NCBI GenBank assembly: GCA_001643675.2
Contig: LSRY02000029.1
Location: forward strand, 558,001 to 622,000
Direction: 5' to 3'
DNA from: Monocercomonoides exilis PA203
Lineage: Eukaryota > Protista > Preaxostyla
Length of the DNA: 64,000 nt
Shown here piece after piece: positions 45,290 through 56,768 of this stretch. The translations under genes were made by a program, and so were the position numbers. The notes beneath the pieces were generated by a model. That model searched no databases and was not told the DNA's origin. It saw nothing but the letters and a program-made list of their open reading frames with translations. Numbering within the stretch: position 1 is the stretch's first letter; each line of letters opens with the position of its first letter.

Positions 45290-45749
45290 AATTTATCATT
45301 CACCATATGACTAATATTATTATGGGTATGTTGTTTACGAATCATTAGAATAATTTTGCATTCTAAAAATCGAAAGAAATATTTTTCAGGCAATGACAAT
45401 CACTTCAAAATAAAAATGGTAAACGGCACTAAATTAATTGAGGTTTAAAGAAATACAAAAAAAAATGCATTAATATCTTGATAATTCACAATGCTGCACA
45501 AAAATTCAACAGTAATTTTTGCTTTTTTCAAATTTCAAAAAATGAATGAGAGGAGATCATTGATTGGACTGAAATGATTTTTTATTTCAAATTTGGGATT
45601 TCGATTGAAAACAAACATTTTTTAAATGCATAAAATTTTCTCTGTGAATGAACCTTTTTTTCAAAAAAATTTGAATGAAATGAGAATATTTATTGAAAGA
45701 CTGAAATGTCATGAATTATCTTTTTTGAAATATCAATGATGAAAACAAA

Positions 45750-46159
45750 TATAGTTAGTGTTAATAATGGTGGACACTTTCAATAACTGTGGACAGTTGC
45801 ATTATCTCAACAACCATTGAAAGTTGTATTCGGATAATAAGTTTAACTATTCCTTCATAGAATATGAACTTATATGTGTTGTTTAAATGACTTTTTTAAC
45901 ACAGTGAAATTTCAAAATTATGATTTTATTTTTTCGGAGAAACCCGAAGAAATTAGATTCTCCGAGTTTCTCCGAAAATAGAAAATGTGTCTTTCTTTAT
46001 TCTTGGGAGTGAGTTGTTTCATTTTTATATGACTTATTTGTTTGCATTCAATGAGGGAATAATTGGGTAAATTGTCAAAAAGCTATAATCAAATGTTGTT
46101 GAGATAATGCGACTGTCCACAGTTATTGAAAGTGTCCACCATTATTAACACTAACTATA
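45750..46159. mobile_element. MITE, family 2 (~63-bp TIRs, TA flanks, central hairpin)
   Basis: TATAGTTAGTGTTAATAATGGTGGACACTTTCAATAACTGTGGACAGT(T/C)GCATTATCTCAACAAC at 45750-45814 has its reverse complement at 46095-46159 with one mismatch. Confidence 0.9.
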
Positions 46160-46900
46160 AATATAAAATTAAAATCTGAAAACTGAAATGTGTCCTATTT
46201 TTTCTTTTGAAAAGTTCAGATTGATTACTATTCATGAAATTATGCAAATTCTATATTTTCTTCAAAATTTCAGACTAATTCACTTATATTCACCCATTTG
46301 AAAGCAAATGCTTGACGATGATTCTATTTCCATAAAGGTGAAATTCGGTGAGTTGGTTCAGTAATAATGATAAAAATGAACAGTTTTCATTTTTGTTTGA
46401 AAATTGAACAAATATTGCTTTTCAAAAAAGTCAAGATATTTATTTATCATCACTTGATATTTCAACAAAAGGAACATTTTTCTAATAATCATGTTCTTTC
46501 AATTCCAACATTTTTTCTTCAGAAGCTAAATAAAGAACATTTTTATATCATAACAATAGAAAAATTCAACTTTAGAGAGTGATTATTTTTGTGATAAAAC
46601 ATTCTGAAAATGAATAATGTTTGATGACTGTTTGATTTCTTTCAAATTTATTTCAAAATTTTTAAAAAATTTCGTAGGTGATTATGTTTTTATTTTTCAT
46701 GATGATATATTAATCCCAGACTCACTAAAGCTGAATGTTAAACAAATAATTCAGTTTATTAATGTTCTCTTTATTTTATTTATATTCTTGTGATAATTTT
46801 TGAAAGATTTCATTAGTTTCCAGTTTCATTTCTTTTGAAAATATCTTTGATTGTTATGTTCAAAACATTAAAATAAATGAATGAAGAAACATTTGACGAA

Positions 46901-46908
<8 letters not shown>

Positions 46909-46930
<22 letters not shown>
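46909..46930 (+). repeat. (AG)n microsatellite
   Basis: About 11 AG units directly after an A-run. Confidence 0.85.
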
Positions 46931-46931
<1 letters not shown>

Positions 46932-47006
46932 AAGAAAGAAAATGAGAAAGAGAATCAGAAAGAGATATTTTTTTTGTGAATGAAACAAGAGCGTTTTCTT
47001 CATTTC

Positions 47007-47985
47007 GAATAGGGTTAGTAATTCATCGGTGCCTAAAAAATTAATCGGGACCAAAATTTTCTGGCTCTCTAGAGCACTTTAAGAAAAAAATAAATAATAG
47101 GAAACCTTCTAAATGTTAATATGTGCTATTCCTGAAAGTATTTTTTTATTTTTCAATTTTAGAAAAAAGATCTGGCATTTTTTGTTTTATTTTTTTTGGA
47201 TCAAAGACTTGTTCATATTTTAACGAGTTTTTTGTTTTGAGTGTTTTGAGTTATATCATTATTTATAAGCTTAACTTCTTTATAATTTTTGTGATTTTTC
47301 ATTGTTCAACACTTCTGTTTTTTATTTCTTTTTCCATTTCACTGAATTTCAACAAATTGAAGAATACATTTGAATAAATTAGTTTATTCGTTTGTTCAAA
47401 AGGGAAAATAATTGAATTTTCAACAAATTGAGATATATAAAAGGAAGAGAATCTTGAATTTTTTATGTTCGTGATTATAACACTAAAAAACTTGTCTTTG
47501 CGTTTTTTCACTTCCTTTGCTTTAAATCATATAGTTTTATTTCAAAAATTTTGTGACGTTCATTTCAATAATTTTTTCAACTATTTTTCAACATTAAAAA
47601 ACCAAGCAACTCAAATATCACTATTAATTCTTCAATTTGTTGAAATTCAGTGAAATGGAAAAAGAAATAAAAAACAGAAGTGTTGAACAATGAAAAATCA
47701 CAAAAATTATAAAGAAGTTAAGCTTATAAATAATGATATAACTCAAAACACTCAAAACAAAAAACTCGTTAAAATATGAACAAGTCTTTGATCCAAAAAA
47801 AATAAAACAAAAAATGCCAGATCTTTTTTCTAAAATTGAAAAATAAAAAAATACTTTCAGGAATAGCACATATTAACATTTAGAAGGTTTCCTATTATTT
47901 ATTTTTTTCTTAAAGTGCTCTAGAGAGCCAGAAAATTTTGGTCCCGATTAATTTTTTAGGCACCGATAATTTACTAACCCTATTC
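47007..47985. mobile_element. Foldback/TIR element, family 3 (~360-bp near-perfect inverted arms, ~260-bp spacer)
   Basis: 47007-47364 is the reverse complement of 47627-47985. The ORF track shows the same peptide on both strands (47123+ and 47869-). Termini are GAATAGGGTTAGTAA and TTACTAACCCTATTC. Confidence 0.9.
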
Positions 47986-48319
47986 AATTTGTGGAAGAAT
48001 GAATCGAAATTATTAAGGAAAAATTTTTTCATCAATTCCATCCCACAAACAAAAAAAAAAAAAAAAATTTTTTTTTTTGAAAGAGAAAATTCTTATTGAA
48101 TCAGTTTGTATATTATTTGAAAATTTTTTTGTTAAAAATAACCAAATTCAATATTTTAAAAAATATTTTCAAAAGTTGATAGGAGTGATTATTCAAAAAA
48201 GAAACAACAATTACCTGTTGCATCTTTCAGGTGAAAGATTAGATTGAATATTGATATATATATATATATAACTCATTTTCTGATTGTTTTTGATTTTCAG
48301 TGCCATAATTATTAACAAG

Positions 48320-50790
48320 ATGATATGTTATTGCTTTTATTTAATTGCCTTTGAATTCTGTGAAAATGAAAAATTTGATGAACTTTTGTCTAACGCAAAT
48401 CAAAATACACTTTATGGATTAACTTCTTCCGGAAATGCTTATTCTCTAGTTAAATTTCAAGGAGACGTTATCAAACGTGTTTTCAAAATTCCTGAAAAAT
48501 ATAGATATTGCACAAATACAACGTATTGCGTGCCAAACGATCTATCAACTGGTTCTTGGTCAAAGGGAGGATTTAAGTTGTCTGATTTTACAGCAAACTG
48601 CTCTTGGCAAAAGGCAATGAGTGAAGTCGCCACAGCATATCTTTTTGAAGTTTGGTATAGATTAATACCAAACACAAAAAAGATGAATGATGACGATCAA
48701 GTATCAGCAGCTTATCTTTCTGGTTGCGATGTTGCCTCGGGATTGGATCCAATTAACCTAAATAACACTATTTCTGCACAAAATTGTAAAACCCAAACAC
48801 ATATTATCACCTCCATCTGTAGTGCGTTTGACTTTACTCCTCCTCTAATGGATTGCGTGAAATTTACTAATACGGAGTCGCAAACTTGCCCGGAACTCTG
48901 CAATAACAATAATCTGAATACAGTTCCTCAACCGTTTCATCCTTTGTATCATTGGTATATACAAGGATTGCTGCTTAGCAAATTTCATGAAGAAGGGCTT
49001 AGAGAATTTATTATTGAAAGAGGCCCATTCGTTTTGGAAGGAAGAATTGTTTCATATGATCATATTGAAAATCCTGGTCAAAATTTTCCAAACGGTGTGT
49101 ATATGCCTCAATCAGCGTACACGCAAGTATGCAATAACGAGGATGAAGAAGAAGCTTCAAATGACGGGGAAAGAGTGTTTTTGACGGTTATTGGGTTTGC
49201 CGAAAAAACCATACCGGCTTCCTCTTCGCCAACTGGTCAAGATGAAACATGCCTTTGTTGGCTGATACGCAGCCCATTAAGTACAGTTGATTACGGAGCA
49301 GAACATGTTGGATACTTCTACACATGCATTTATACTCCTCAGCCTCTTGTTAATGGAGTCACAACCACCAATTCACAGACTTCATCTTCAAGAAGGATTT
49401 CTCAAAGTAATGGTTTGGATTTTAATAGGAAGTTAATATCAATCATCTTTGTTCTTAAAATGTGTTTTTTCCTTGTATATTTTTTTTAGCTGGACTGTAT
49501 TCTATCTTTCCGTATACTGAATATATTGGGTATTCTTTATACCCCGAAGAAGATCCCTTTGCCGATCCAGAGCAGATGCAGTCGAATACAACAAGTCAAT
49601 ACTCAGTCACATCGAAGATTGTATCCACAGCAACATATCGCGAGAGCTCTTATGTGACTATCCCGTCTGTAACTGCCACCTGCGAAGATCCCTCATTCAC
49701 AATCCTCCCCTTCGAAGAGTTGAAGAGTTTGAGGCAATCCAACACAAATTACGCACAAAAAGCACCTCCAAACAGAAAATTCGGATCGATTTACGCAGAA
49801 TTTGATGCGCTGGCCTGGACGCTTCATCTTCTGGACAGATCGGCAGATGACGCAATCTCAGCTGCAGCCACAATGAGCTGCCTTCCGATTGCTGGAGACA
49901 AAGTCGGAAACTACTTTGACTCGATTCTCGATGATGTCGAAGGGCGATATTCGATGTTTTTGCCAATGACGATTGGTACTTCGGGGTTCATCGACGAAGA
50001 CTGCATTCCACAGCAGACTACCCTGTCTGCAACATGCCCAACAAGTTGTGTGGCAACTGCTTTGTCAGCAAATCATGGCAATTTGTCTTTAGATTCATTA
50101 ATAAATAGCACAGACACCAATAAGGCGACCGCAGAAGCAAAAAACTTCAAACTAAAAGGACAAGGGATTTATAGCTTTACCACCAAGAATGCAACTGCGC
50201 ACATGCTGAAGCATTTCTTACTGTTCTATGGGCCAGCACAAGTGACATTTAAGTTCCCAACTTCTGCTTGGAATTCGTTCTCAAACTCACTTGTCCATGA
50301 AGGCGACATATACAAAGGAGGTGCACAGCCACGCTCACATTTTGATTTGAACACTCAGAAAAATAAAAGTGAGGAAAAGAATTATTCGGAATCTGACGAA
50401 GCTTCAGTGGAAGAAATCCAAACAATGTCAAACACTTCTATTTCTCCTCGTGTCAATGAAGAGGAGATGACTGATGTGCCATGTGTGATCTATGGATGGG
50501 ACATCAGTTCAACAGAAAATGAATTTTGGAGAGTGAAGCTTCCTTTTCCTGTGGGCTATGGTGAAGGCACAATGTGGATAAGCATAGAAATATCTCCTCG
50601 GCTGGGGACTGACAAAATCGAGAAGGCATTTTTGTTTGTGAAAAAGGTATCAGTTGGCCCAAGCGAGAAGAGAAGAGATTGGGAGGCTGGATTCATTGCA
50701 AAAGCACCATCTGCTAAATTTATAATTTCTTGTCTTTTCACTCTGATAAGCACAATGTTTTTATTAGCATCCACAGTTCAAATACGTTGA
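48320..50790 (+). CDS. Tandem two-domain papain/cathepsin-B-fold protein, probably catalytically inactive, with signal peptide and C-terminal hydrophobic anchor; 2 exons
   Basis: Intron 49413-49489 joins the two ORFs in frame. Domain 1: ANCSW, VSAAYLSGCD, FIIERGP, LTVIGF, CWLIRSP. Domain 2: FGSIYA, ISAAATMSC, GFIDEDCIP, LLFYGP, DIYKGG, CVIYGW, FWRVKLPF..YGEG. These follow C1A peptidase motif order. Confidence 0.7.
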
Positions 50791-51466
50791 GCCTGAAGCT
50801 TTGATGGCTTTTGCTTTCGTATTTTCTCTGATCTTTCTTCTTTCGCTGTTCTTTTGTGTATGTATTCAAACACCATTTAATGCGGCTCGATGATGTTTCC
50901 TTCTCGTCGAGTTTAACCAAATTTCAAAATCAGACAAATTCACAAACTTTACAAATGTGATTTTTTAAAGTTATTATCACCTTCATTTCTGTTTTTGATG
51001 ATTTTTACAAACACAAAGTGAAAAGGTTTTGTTAGTTTTTATCGTTTTTACTTCATTTTCGAAATGTTGCAGTTTTTGGTTTATAAAAATTTTAATCTAT
51101 CTCACATTAAATATTCAAATTTCTTTATTTATATCTGTGAAAGTCATTTAAATGTGCTTGCTTAACATTGATATTAGCTTTGAAATGATTAGTCTTTGTT
51201 ATTACTTAAGTATTAATTGTTTTATTTTTATATTCAATTCATGGAACAAAATATTATTTTTCTTTTCTTTTCTTTTCTTTTATATTAATCAAATTATATT
51301 ATATTTCTTTCCAATTGTAACATTAAAAATGAAAGAAAATATATTCACAAAAAAAGAACAAAGTTCTGCTTTTCAAACATTTTTTGATCACAGTGATACA
51401 TAAATTATTTATTGAAAAATCCTCGTTGATTATTGATTGTTTCTCCTTTCCGTCAAAATTTAGATA

Positions 51467-53103
51467 ATGACGGAGGATGATTTTCTGAAAAATGAAGATG
51501 ATCACTCAAATGTCTCAACAAATGAAAGTGTTAGCTCATCTCCAAACAAAGAAGATTCAACAATTGTGAATAATGATGAACTTCAGCAATTACAAAATGA
51601 AGCGAGCTCTTCACTTGCATCATTTCAATACTTGCAAAATTCAAATTCATTTTCGTCAATATCGACAACATCTTCATCGCCTTCAAATCAAACTCCTGAA
51701 CATTCATCAATTGGAGAAGACGAAACCGAAGCTGCAGGTTTGATATCAAAAATATGGAGGAATAAATCTGCTATTTCTTGTGCAAATGCTACATTATTAG
51801 CAAAAAGATCTCAATCTGCTTCAACGGCTGATCTGCCTTCCTCACAAATTCATATTTTCCATTCTGGTGCTTCTGGAAGTGCAATGGGTTTTGCCTCCCT
51901 TGAAGCGATAGAAAAGAAGAGATTACTTGTTGGACTCGATGAAAACCGACCACAGTCAACTTTAGAACCAGGAGAAATTTTTGGAGCTGCACAAACATCT
52001 TCGCTATTTAATTCTTCGTCTTCTTCTGTGACACTACCTCCAATACATTTTTCTCATACAAAATCTTCTTCTATGAGGCTTCCATCTTCCTCGATAAAAA
52101 ATCATGCAGATCTTTCAAAGCATCGTCTTGCTCTTTCATTCAAGAACGACACAAGAACATTTTCAACTATTACTTCAACAACTGTTGCTCCTTCTCATCC
52201 TTCCATTGCAGATATTTTTGCGCCCTCGATAAACCATTCCAGCAAAATAGCGTCCTCTCCTCCTAACGGAGAATTGTCGCATTCTTCGCCTGCATTTCCT
52301 CAGTTAGATCAGATGCATCATCTCACGCCTCATCACTTCAGCGGAGCTTCGGCCACAATGTGCAACACTTCTGTAGCTGCTCGCATCCGCCCGATGTCAT
52401 CGCTGGGACACAGGAATAAGCACGAAGGGAAGAGCTTTGCACAAACAGAGTCAAAAGAACATCTGCACAAAGAAGCTTCACAGTCAGGAATCGATCATCA
52501 TTCATCTCCATCATCATCGGTGACGTCATTGTCATTATCATCATCGTCTTCGTCTTCTTCTCCTTCTTCTGCAACATCTGAAACGAACGAGAGGGTTTCA
52601 CTGTCTGATCACAACTATGCATCTTCCACCACATTTTCAGGCACAGCTTCTTCATCAACCTCAGAGTCACCTCGGACATCTGCTTCTGAGCTGTCTCCAT
52701 GTGACGTTTGCTCATCGGATCCATCTTGTTCTCCTCTTCCTTCTCTCGTCACCACAACAACCTCTGTGCGCCGTGCAGACATTGGCTCTCAGTCTGCTCC
52801 GCTTGCACTTCCACTGGCCTTCCCGCCGAGCGACGGGCTGTCTGACGAAGAGGAAGGCGAAGGGTTGGACTCCATCTACCCAGACAGCAGCGAAGACAAC
52901 GAAGGCAACGGCAGAGAGCACGAGCAGAAGCACCATTCAGCCCATTCACGCACTCCCTCACACCTCAACAACCACCACAACAACCACCACCACCTCACAT
53001 TCAGCCTGTCCCGCTCCCCATCCCGCAGAGGCTTCCACAAAGAAGGACAGGCTGAGCACGCTGGAAGCACATCGCACAGCAGCTCCAGCTCTGCCTTGTC
53101 TGA

Positions 53104-53140
<37 letters not shown>

Positions 53141-54785
53141 GCTGCATTCACCGAGCAGCCTCTCCTCGACAGCAGCGATGAAGGCACTTCCTCTCTTTCA
53201 GAGTCTGCGCTGTTTGTAACGGCGCCGCTGCATCTCTCGTTCGGCTCTTCGGAGCTGACGCCGATTGAAAGCGCGCTTCTTTCGCGCATCCTCATCCACT
53301 CTGAACACACCCCATCACTTCACCGCCATCTCCAGTCTCTGACTTCCTCCGTCTCACTCCCAACAAACTCCATCCAGCTGTCTTCTGCCACTGTCTCGTC
53401 CCCTTTCCCTGCCTCTGCTGTTCTGATACCCCTTTCCGCCACTTCCGCTGTGCCGTCTTCTTCCTCGCTGACATTCCCACTTTCCTCGTCTGACAGCTCT
53501 GTGCTCTCCACCACTGCCAACTCTGCCTTCACATCGCATTCTGTGCTGTCTGCTGCAGACATCCTGGCCTCTCCATTCAGCGGCACCCGCTCCTCTTCCT
53601 TCGGCAAGTACTCTTCTGTCTCTCGCCTCCGCTTCACAAAATACCCACACTCCCAAAATCTGCTGTTAGTTACATCCCCTTCTTCTTCTTCTTCTTCTTC
53701 TTCTCACTCATCTTCCATTGCTCCCTCCTCCTCCTCATCTTCATCCTCTTCCTCCATCCAGCCATTCTCTCTCAACTCAACTTCCTTCAACTCGCCCAGC
53801 TCCTCTGTCTATCTCGAAGAGAAGACACTCGGCCCAGACTTCCTTCCGCATCGCTTCCGCCGCGTGAAGACGACGGCTGGATGGGACGCCCTCAGCGACT
53901 CCACACAACAGGAGCTCTTCCGCGCCATCCAGAGAGACCTCGAGCTCTCTCAGGAAGAGCTCACTGCTGCTGCTGCTGCTTCTGCTTCACATGGAGGCGC
54001 AGGAGGAAGAGGAGGAGCAGGAGGAGCAGCTGGTTCAGTGAATGTTCCACGTCTGCTGCCTCGCTCGCACCCAGTGATGGTCGGCAGGCACACGTCGGCG
54101 ATTCTGAACGAGCAAGAAATGGAGCAGCTGTCTCTTGCCTTGCCGCCGTCTGTGCGTGCATTCTCTCTCTTGCGGGTGTTCACCACTGCGGTCGATGGCG
54201 TCTCATTCTTCACATTCTTCGCCCGTTCGCAGTCGACGTGTGGTGCCATTGCCCGCCCTTCTCTGCTGCTCATCCGCGATAGCTTCCGCTGCCGCTTTGG
54301 CTTCTTCTGTCCGGTCCCTCTGCTTCCACACCCAACTTTTTTCGGCACCACACAATGTTTTCTGTTCGACTTTGCACCAAATTTGAGGGTGTTTCGGTCG
54401 ACTCGCTCTGATGCACGCTTCGTGAAGTGCACGAACTCTTCGATAACTATTGGATTTGGGTTTGTTGTGTTAGATAGTTGAATGAATGACATTATCTTTT
54501 TTTCTTTTTCTTTTTATTCTTTCATTTGTAATTATGTCATCTATTATTTCATTTTTTTTCTTTTCGATTGACATTTTAAAATGTGAATGAATTAAAATTT
54601 CTGATTCCTTCAGAGGGCATCCGGCGCTGTACTTTGCGAGTGATCTGTCTGAAGGTACCGGATATCCCTGCACCACCTTCAGCAACCCTCGTCTCTCGCA
54701 CGAGGAGAAGTTCAGCACATCAATTGTGGAATTGTGGATAGCCATCTCACCCCTGGATGTGCACAAGATACACATCCCGTCTTGA
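51467..54785 (+). CDS. TLDc-domain (Oxr1/NCOA7-like) protein with a very long Ser-rich disordered N-terminus; 2 exons
   Basis: VFTTAVDGVSFFTFF, LLLIRD...FGFF, FFGTTQCFLF. Intron 54460-54613 joins to GGHPALY..DLSEG..YPCTTFSNPRL..F....VELW, ending at TGA 54783-54785. Confidence 0.85.
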
Positions 54786-55480
54786 AAGGACTGCTTTTTA
54801 TTTTTCTTTTTTATTTTTACTCTTTTGTCTTCATTTTTTATAAGCAATTAGTTTTTTCTTTCTTTTTTTCTTTTTTCACCTGCAATTGTCATTGTTGTAG
54901 TATTTTTTGGGGGCAAATAATAATTCTCTTTCTTTTTTGAGTTGTTGTCAACTTTGTGTTTTTCTTTTTTTGAGCTCGTGATGCAGCATTTGCTGGTTGT
55001 GCGCAATAATATCTGTAATTGTCTTCTTATTCAACATGAGTTGAAAACTATTGTATATCTTACTAGATTATCAAAATTGTTTTAAATGTTAGGTTTTTTT
55101 CATTTTTATTTTTTTATTCGTTATTCAATATGTAAACCTCCAAGGAGAGATAGCTCTTTTATTTTTCTATTATGATTATAACCATCATTATATGTCTGTT
55201 ATTTTTAAACTGTTTGGCTTTTTTCACACATTTCATTCGCTACTATGTTAAAAAACGGATGAAAATGCGTAGCAATAGATATTTCTGTTACATATAAATA
55301 TTTTCTGTGCATTGAAAAATGTATAATGAAATTTGAGACAGTCAAATGAAAACAACAGGAATAAAGAACTCTCGATTCCACTTCACAGTGCTAATGGAAT
55401 TGAAGATTCGAGATAAAATATATTGTAAGAAAATTAAATTCCATACTCCTAACAGCTTTTAAGTTGTTGATTGGCATTTT

Positions 55481-56503
55481 TTATGCAGATCCGTGCAAAG
55501 CCTTGTATTGCTGCAAAAGTCCTTGGAAGGCTTTTGTCATTGCAGCATAGATCTTTTCAACGCTTTCCTTTGGCCATGTCGAAACATCACCTCTGCAGAA
55601 TGTTGTCAAATCTTCTCTGTTATCAAAGACACCAACTGGAATGTAGAAAATCTGCCCATCTTTTTTAGTAATCTTTAGGGTGTTCTCTTTGTCGCTCTTC
55701 TTCAGCAAATATTCGAAGTCATCGCAACCATAGTCAAATCGCATAACCATATCTGGAACGCAATGGAAGATATCGGTCGATCCGGTCCACCCAATAGGTG
55801 GTGCACGAGCCAAATTCTTCTCAAAGCTTTGAGCAGGAGTAACTTGGATGTACAGCATGGCACACACAGAGAGAATCTCGGGTGCCATTTGTGCAAGAGA
55901 ATACTGATATCCGAATGGTTCAGGAAGAGGGAAGAAGTCAGGATATCGCTCAGCACCACACCCTCCTCCACGTGCAAATTCGATGATGATGGTCCTTTCT
56001 GGTGTGTACGAAAGTGCATATTCGTTCTTTTCTTTCAGGAAATTAGCAACATGTGCGTCGAATTTTTCGCAAAGCTTTGAGATAACATCGGGTGTGTATT
56101 TGGCGAACGGGCGAGCCAAACCTCTCTCACCAAAAATTCTATCAATACGCTCAATCATCCACTTTGCTGGAGTTGTTGTTTCAATGGCCCTCTTGTTGAT
56201 GATATCAAAGTAATCCTCATTCAGCATTTGAATCAACACACCCCAGTAATAGTTTTCGATTGCCGGGAAATAATCACCCCAATAGAATGAACGCTTTTCT
56301 CCCATTTTTTGCAATTCGGTATCAAAATTACGCATCATTTCGACATAAGGATAGTCATCCAATTGAGTTGTTGGAAATCCAATTTTGAATTCGGCTCTTG
56401 ACTTCTCCACGGGCAAAGATCTCAAGAATGCACGAGATTCACTTTTTCCGCTAGCTGGAAGTGCGCAAAGAAGGACAACTGGAATAATTGGTTCACTGCT
56501 CAT
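55481..56503 (-). CDS. Intronless uncharacterised P-loop NTPase/kinase-fold protein (340 aa)
   Basis: ATG at 56503. N-terminal strand plus Walker A variant VVLLCALPASGKSE, then TQLDDYPY, Walker-B-like TIIIEFARGG, MLYIQV and a KNLAR lid-like segment. Confidence 0.75.
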   Translation of the reverse strand: MSSEPIIPVVLLCALPASGKSESRAFLRSLPVEKSRAEFKIGFPTTQLDDYPYVEMMRNFDTELQKMGEKRSFYWGDYFPAIENYYWGVLIQMLNEDYFDIINKRAIETTTPAKWMIERIDRIFGERGLARPFAKYTPDVISKLCEKFDAHVANFLKEKNEYALSYTPERTIIIEFARGGGCGAERYPDFFPLPEPFGYQYSLAQMAPEILSVCAMLYIQVTPAQSFEKNLARAPPIGWTGSTDIFHCVPDMVMRFDYGCDDFEYLLKKSDKENTLKITKKDGQIFYIPVGVFDNREDLTTFCRGDVSTWPKESVEKIYAAMTKAFQGLLQQYKALHGSA

Positions 56504-56768
56504 GATATTATCTGATCCTTTTGCTTGATTAATTCCCCAATTCAAAAAATTTTGATCAAACAAAATAAATTATTACTCTTGATCATTTTTGAAATAAAAA
56601 ATGTATAATTGTGAACATAAAATAAAGAAAAGTGTTGTGCAAAAGAGGTGTTAAATGAAATGATTTAGACAGACCAGTGCTGATTGTGACATGAAAACCT
56701 ATATGTTTTGTTATTAATGATTTTATTAACCTCATCTCCAAATTAATAGATCAAATTTTTTTATTGCT

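Noticed and set aside
47123-47869. Two identical small hydrophobic ORFs on opposite strands
   Set aside because: Artefact of the inverted repeat. F/I/L-rich translation is expected from AT-rich DNA.
48051-48078. A16-T12 hairpin as a terminator
   Set aside because: Adjacent homopolymers are common in this AT-rich intergenic DNA, and intrinsic terminators are not expected in a eukaryote.
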